Of a stretch of 32,000 nucleotides of DNA, positions 28,535 to 32,000 are shown one piece after another. A program made the translations under genes and the position numbers. The stretch's first letter is position 1. The number at the start of each line of letters is the position of its first letter. This stretch comes from Methanosphaera stadtmanae DSM 3091 (lineage in GTDB: Archaea; Methanobacteriota; Methanobacteria; Methanobacteriales; Methanobacteriaceae), in the NCBI RefSeq assembly GCF_000012545.1, contig NC_007681.1:180001-212000 (forward strand), in the 5' to 3' direction. The notes under the pieces are model-generated. The model saw only the letters and a program-made list of their open reading frames with translations. It was not told where the DNA came from and made no database searches.

Positions 28535-29604
28535 ATATAGCATTAGTAGCAGAAACAGCTCCAGCAAAAACTTTAATTCCAATTATAGAAAAATTGGATG
28601 ATGATGAAATAATATCATTAACACATGATACTGGAGCAATGGAATTATTATCCCCTTACAGTGTGGATATAAAGGCAATTGGTGAAAGCAGAAAGAACAC
28701 ATCTGTAAAAAGAAGTAACTTCACAATTGGAAGATTAGTACTACAAGATACATATAAAACATACAAGGCATTAAAAAATTCAGATACAGATCTTGTTATA
28801 ACATGTGGAAATTCAGGGGATGTGAGAAAGGGAATTCTTGCAGCAAAAAAATTAGATATTCCAGTATTACACATGGAACAAGATATTTATAATCCTATTG
28901 AAATGATTGCATATGCTAATTTAATTACTGTTCCAAATAATGTTGCTCAGAAGAATTTAAAGAAAATGTATGGTATAAAAAATACATTTAATATTAGGGG
29001 ATATCCTCAGGCTGAATATGTCAATAGAATGGAACTTGAATCTAAAGAAGAAATATATGAAAAATATGGTGTTGATGACTTCTATGTATTGTTTTTAGGT
29101 GGAGATACACGTGCAACAGACATACCTGATATTATATCAGAGATTCAAAAACTTGATAAAACAATACTAATAGTTCCATATCGTTTTGATGTAAAATATA
29201 TTAGTAAATTAATAACAAGACGTAATGTTTATGTGATTGATGGATTTGTTGATCTTCTAAGTTTAATGAAAGCATCACAGGGTGTAATATACTGTGCAGG
29301 TATGGGTGTTACAATAGAAGTTGGAGCTCTGTCAATTCCAGCAATTAAATTGTTAGGTTTTCACAGACAACATGCAAGTAATGATTTAGCAAGAAAACTT
29401 GGAATAACTGTTGTATCAGAATATGATATTGCCTCATCAATTGATTCAATGAAACAGCCTAATGGAGAACGTCTCGTGAAAAATGGTTATAAGGCTAGTT
29501 TAAAGGTAGCTGAACTTATTCATGAAATGAAAATCTTCACTAAAGATCCTGGTGGACTAAGTTCCATGAAAAAGATTTGGAATCAACGAAAAAAATACAG
29601 ATAA
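28531..29604 (+). CDS. GT-B fold glycosyltransferase, MurG-like
   Basis: 357 aa. The layout resembles MurG/GT28: N-terminal MNIALVAE, DLVITCGNSGDVRKGILAAKKLDIPVLHMEQD, VLFLGGDTRA, and C-terminal ASQGVIYCAGMGVTIEVGALSIPAIKL. GGAGGG SD. Confidence 0.5.
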   Translation: MNIALVAETAPAKTLIPIIEKLDDDEIISLTHDTGAMELLSPYSVDIKAIGESRKNTSVKRSNFTIGRLVLQDTYKTYKALKNSDTDLVITCGNSGDVRKGILAAKKLDIPVLHMEQDIYNPIEMIAYANLITVPNNVAQKNLKKMYGIKNTFNIRGYPQAEYVNRMELESKEEIYEKYGVDDFYVLFLGGDTRATDIPDIISEIQKLDKTILIVPYRFDVKYISKLITRRNVYVIDGFVDLLSLMKASQGVIYCAGMGVTIEVGALSIPAIKLLGFHRQHASNDLARKLGITVVSEYDIASSIDSMKQPNGERLVKNGYKASLKVAELIHEMKIFTKDPGGLSSMKKIWNQRKKYR

Positions 29605-29705
29605 TTCTTTATTTTTATATTTAATTATTTTTTTTTTTAAAATAAGTTTTTGTCTAATAAAAAATATCAAAAGATGTGTTAATCTTTTGATAAATATGGT
29701 GGTAA

Positions 29706-29912
29706 TCATAATTTTATTTTAGATACTAAATCAATATCTGCTGCAGTCACTGTTTTTCTTCCTGCATGTTTTGCTACTTGTATAGCATCTTTAGATATTT
29801 CTTCACCTATTTGTTCAAGTATTTGTGTTAATTCTGCTTTTGCATCATCACTGATTCTGTCTGCTCCAGCATTTTTAATTATTCTACCTACTGGTGCTAT
29901 TGGTAATTCCAT
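29706..29912 (-). CDS. Archaeal histone (HMf family)
   Basis: [68 protein letters not shown] (68 aa) is near-collinear with HMfA/B. AGGTGA SD lies 5 nt before this ATG, so the longer ORF-track start (29942) is unlikely. Confidence 0.9.
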   Translation of the reverse strand: MELPIAPVGRIIKNAGADRISDDAKAELTQILEQIGEEISKDAIQVAKHAGRKTVTAADIDLVSKIKL

Positions 29913-30210
29913 TATTTTCACCTCTTTATTTTGAAGCATCAACTTATTTTTTTTATTTTAAGAAAATGCTCTTATATTCTTTATTTATACTATTTACTAT
30001 TTATATTATTCTCCATATGGCTTATAGATACTTCTTTTTTATTTTTCAATTTAAAAAAATGAATTAGAATATATTATATTATAACTCTCGTTTAGACAAT
30101 ATAATAAAAAAATAAGACTATTTTTAATAAAGTAGAATGTTATAATAAGTTATTTAATAAATAAACTAATTATAACTAATTCTTTGTATTTATATAAGAA
30201 AATGGGGATA

Positions 30211-31197
30211 TTATAATGCAATAGGTCCATTATCAGTATCATCACCATACAAGATATCACAAATCTCATATAATTTATCAATACCTCTAACTTCATGTTC
30301 TTGTAGTGGTATTGTTGCAATGATTTGATTACCAAACAATGCATTTATAGTTTCAAGTCTTCTTTGTTGAACCTCATATCTTGCCCTACAGAATTCACAA
30401 TGGGTGTTATCAGGCTGTATTTTATTAACAATAACACCATCAGTACTCATGTTACATTTATCTAATGCTTCCATAGATCTTTGTGATTCATAAATAGACA
30501 TTTCTTCTGGAATAAGCACAGTTTTAAAGGTTGTTCTAGATGGATCTGTGAGAACGTCTCTTGCTTTTTCAATTTCTTTTTTTGCCCTTTCAAGTTCTGC
30601 CATGCTTTGAGCATCTTCTGCTTCATCAGAACCCATGAATGGTATGATATTTTTAAGTTTTTGTGCAGCAGCTCCAAGACTTTTCTTTGTTTTTATCATT
30701 TTTCCCATCCAGGAATCCATCATTTCAGGGAAGGATAATAATCTAAGTGTATGTCCTGTAGGTGCTGTATCAAATATTATAACATCATATTCATCAGTAT
30801 TCATATATTGCATGAATTTATCAAATGATGCAACCTCATCAATACCTGGAGAAGAACTCATAACATCAAATTGTTCTGAAAACATACCAAGGGCATCGTT
30901 ATATTTTTGTTGCATTTGCATTTTTTCTTTGTATTCATCCATTGCCCTATCAGGATCTATTTCTATAGCTTCTAAATTCTGTGTTATTGGTGTAGGCACA
31001 TGTTTTATTACTCTATCAAAGGAGTCACCGAGAGAATGAGCAGGATCTGTTGATATGATCAATGTTTTTTTACCAACACGAGCACACCACAGTGCTGTTG
31101 CTGCAGATACTGTTGTTTTTCCAACGCCTCCTTTTCCTCCAATAAATATAAACGTTGTTTTTTTCTTGTTGAATGTTACTAAGTCTGTAAATGCCAA
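30211..31197 (-). CDS. ArsA/Get3-family ATPase (single-domain, archaeal Get3-like)
   Basis: P-loop [30 protein letters not shown], and a CxxC ([10 protein letters not shown]) as in Zn-bridged Get3 dimers. TTG start preceded by AGGAGG with 7-nt spacing. Confidence 0.88.
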   Translation of the reverse strand: MAFTDLVTFNKKKTTFIFIGGKGGVGKTTVSAATALWCARVGKKTLIISTDPAHSLGDSFDRVIKHVPTPITQNLEAIEIDPDRAMDEYKEKMQMQQKYNDALGMFSEQFDVMSSSPGIDEVASFDKFMQYMNTDEYDVIIFDTAPTGHTLRLLSFPEMMDSWMGKMIKTKKSLGAAAQKLKNIIPFMGSDEAEDAQSMAELERAKKEIEKARDVLTDPSRTTFKTVLIPEEMSIYESQRSMEALDKCNMSTDGVIVNKIQPDNTHCEFCRARYEVQQRRLETINALFGNQIIATIPLQEHEVRGIDKLYEICDILYGDDTDNGPIAL

Positions 31198-31396
31198 ATT
31201 ATTTCCTCCTTTTTAACTTAATATATTTTTTTTTATTAGTTTCAAATATTTATAATTAATACACCATTTATATATAATTTATTCTAATTTGAAACTATAT
31301 ATATGTAATTATAAATTCATTAATTATTATAAGTAAATAAAATAAATAATTATTCATTAAATGAATATTTATTAATTTATTTGATGGGATGTTTAT

Positions 31397-32000
31397 ATGA
31401 TAGATTTACCTGAATTTGATGCAAGAAAATTTATAGAAAGAGCTTGTGAATTTATAAAAGAAAAAGTTGATGAATCTAATTCTGATGGAGTAGTAATAGG
31501 ATTAAGTGGTGGGATAGATTCATGTGTTGTAGCATGTCTGGCTGTTAGGGCATTAGGTCCATTGCGTGTACGTGGATATATTCTTCCAACAATAACAACC
31601 TCAGATCAGGATTTATATGATGCAAAACTAATAAAGGATGAACTGGATATTGAATCAGAATATATTTCAATAGGTAGTATCTATGATGAGTTTATAAGTT
31701 CATGTGAAATAAAAAATCTTCCACAAGATAATATTAATCTAGCACGTGGAAATCTAAAACCAAGAATTAGAATGAGTATTCTCTACTACTATGCAACAAT
31801 ATATAATTCACTTGTAATAGGAACAGGAAATAAAACAGAATTACAAGTAGGCTACTTTACAAAACATGGGGATGGTGGAGTGGACTTATTACCAATAGGT
31901 GATTTATATAAGATGGATGTGAAAAAAGTTGCACAGGAATTAGGAGTACCATCACTTATTATTAAGAAACCTCCAACAGCAGGTCTATGGGAGGGCCAAA
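31397..32000 (+). CDS. nadE: NH3-dependent NAD+ synthetase (3' end lies beyond the window)
   Basis: [48 protein letters not shown] (SGGxDS PP-loop)...[16 protein letters not shown]...[31 protein letters not shown]. Absent from the ORF track because no stop falls in the window. Confidence 0.88.
   Translation, partial: MIDLPEFDARKFIERACEFIKEKVDESNSDGVVIGLSGGIDSCVVACLAVRALGPLRVRGYILPTITTSDQDLYDAKLIKDELDIESEYISIGSIYDEFISSCEIKNLPQDNINLARGNLKPRIRMSILYYYATIYNSLVIGTGNKTELQVGYFTKHGDGGVDLLPIGDLYKMDVKKVAQELGVPSLIIKKPPTAGLWEGQ

Noticed and set aside
30635-31039. 134-aa plus-strand ORF, and the 71-aa and 64-aa minus-strand ORFs at 30462..30677 and 30150..30344
   Set aside because: They overlap the Get3/ArsA gene in antisense or alternate frames. 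The ArsA frame has unambiguous P-loop and switch motifs.

Overview
The window is strongly AT-rich and densely coding. It looks like a chromosomal segment of a Methanobacteriales methanogen (Methanosphaera/Methanobrevibacter-like). The taxon-diagnostic genes are F420-dependent methylene-H4MPT dehydrogenase (mtd), an HMf-type archaeal histone, NucS/EndoMS, an Lhr-core helicase with its metallophosphoesterase partner, a rhodanese-less ThiI, a CbiA/CfbB-type a,c-diamide synthase, and a giant Asn/Thr-rich adhesin-like surface protein. All family calls come from motif recognition by eye; no searches were run. Housekeeping genes: hisB, nadE (3' end cut by the window edge), thiI, mtd, a carbon-nitrogen hydrolase and a Get3/ArsA ATPase. 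Accessory or unusual content: (1) a bacterial-type module of AraC regulator, sodium:solute symporter and a 37-aa accessory peptide that is missing from the ORF track. (2) A 2039-aa secreted protein with 15 tandem 93-97-aa repeats, 11 of them exactly 282 nt, plus 3 divergent C-terminal modules. (3) A stand-alone MTH538/DUF1863 TIR-like protein whose stop lies 7 nt from the stop of nucS. (4) A nucS reading frame that stays open for 26 conserved-looking codons upstream of its first ATG, with only an ATT available as start. (5) A tight operon of membrane protein, FAD/4Fe-4S oxidoreductase and thiI. (6) An orphan CoxE-like VWA protein. (7) Two decayed genes: a DUF3781 pseudogene with two compensating frameshifts and a multi-frame transposase-like remnant. 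(8) A glycan or cell-wall cluster of flippase, Wzy-like polymerase and MurG-like glycosyltransferase. I saw no tRNA, rRNA or CRISPR array. I found no complete, recognisable defence system; the TIR-like/NucS locus is the best candidate for undescribed biology.
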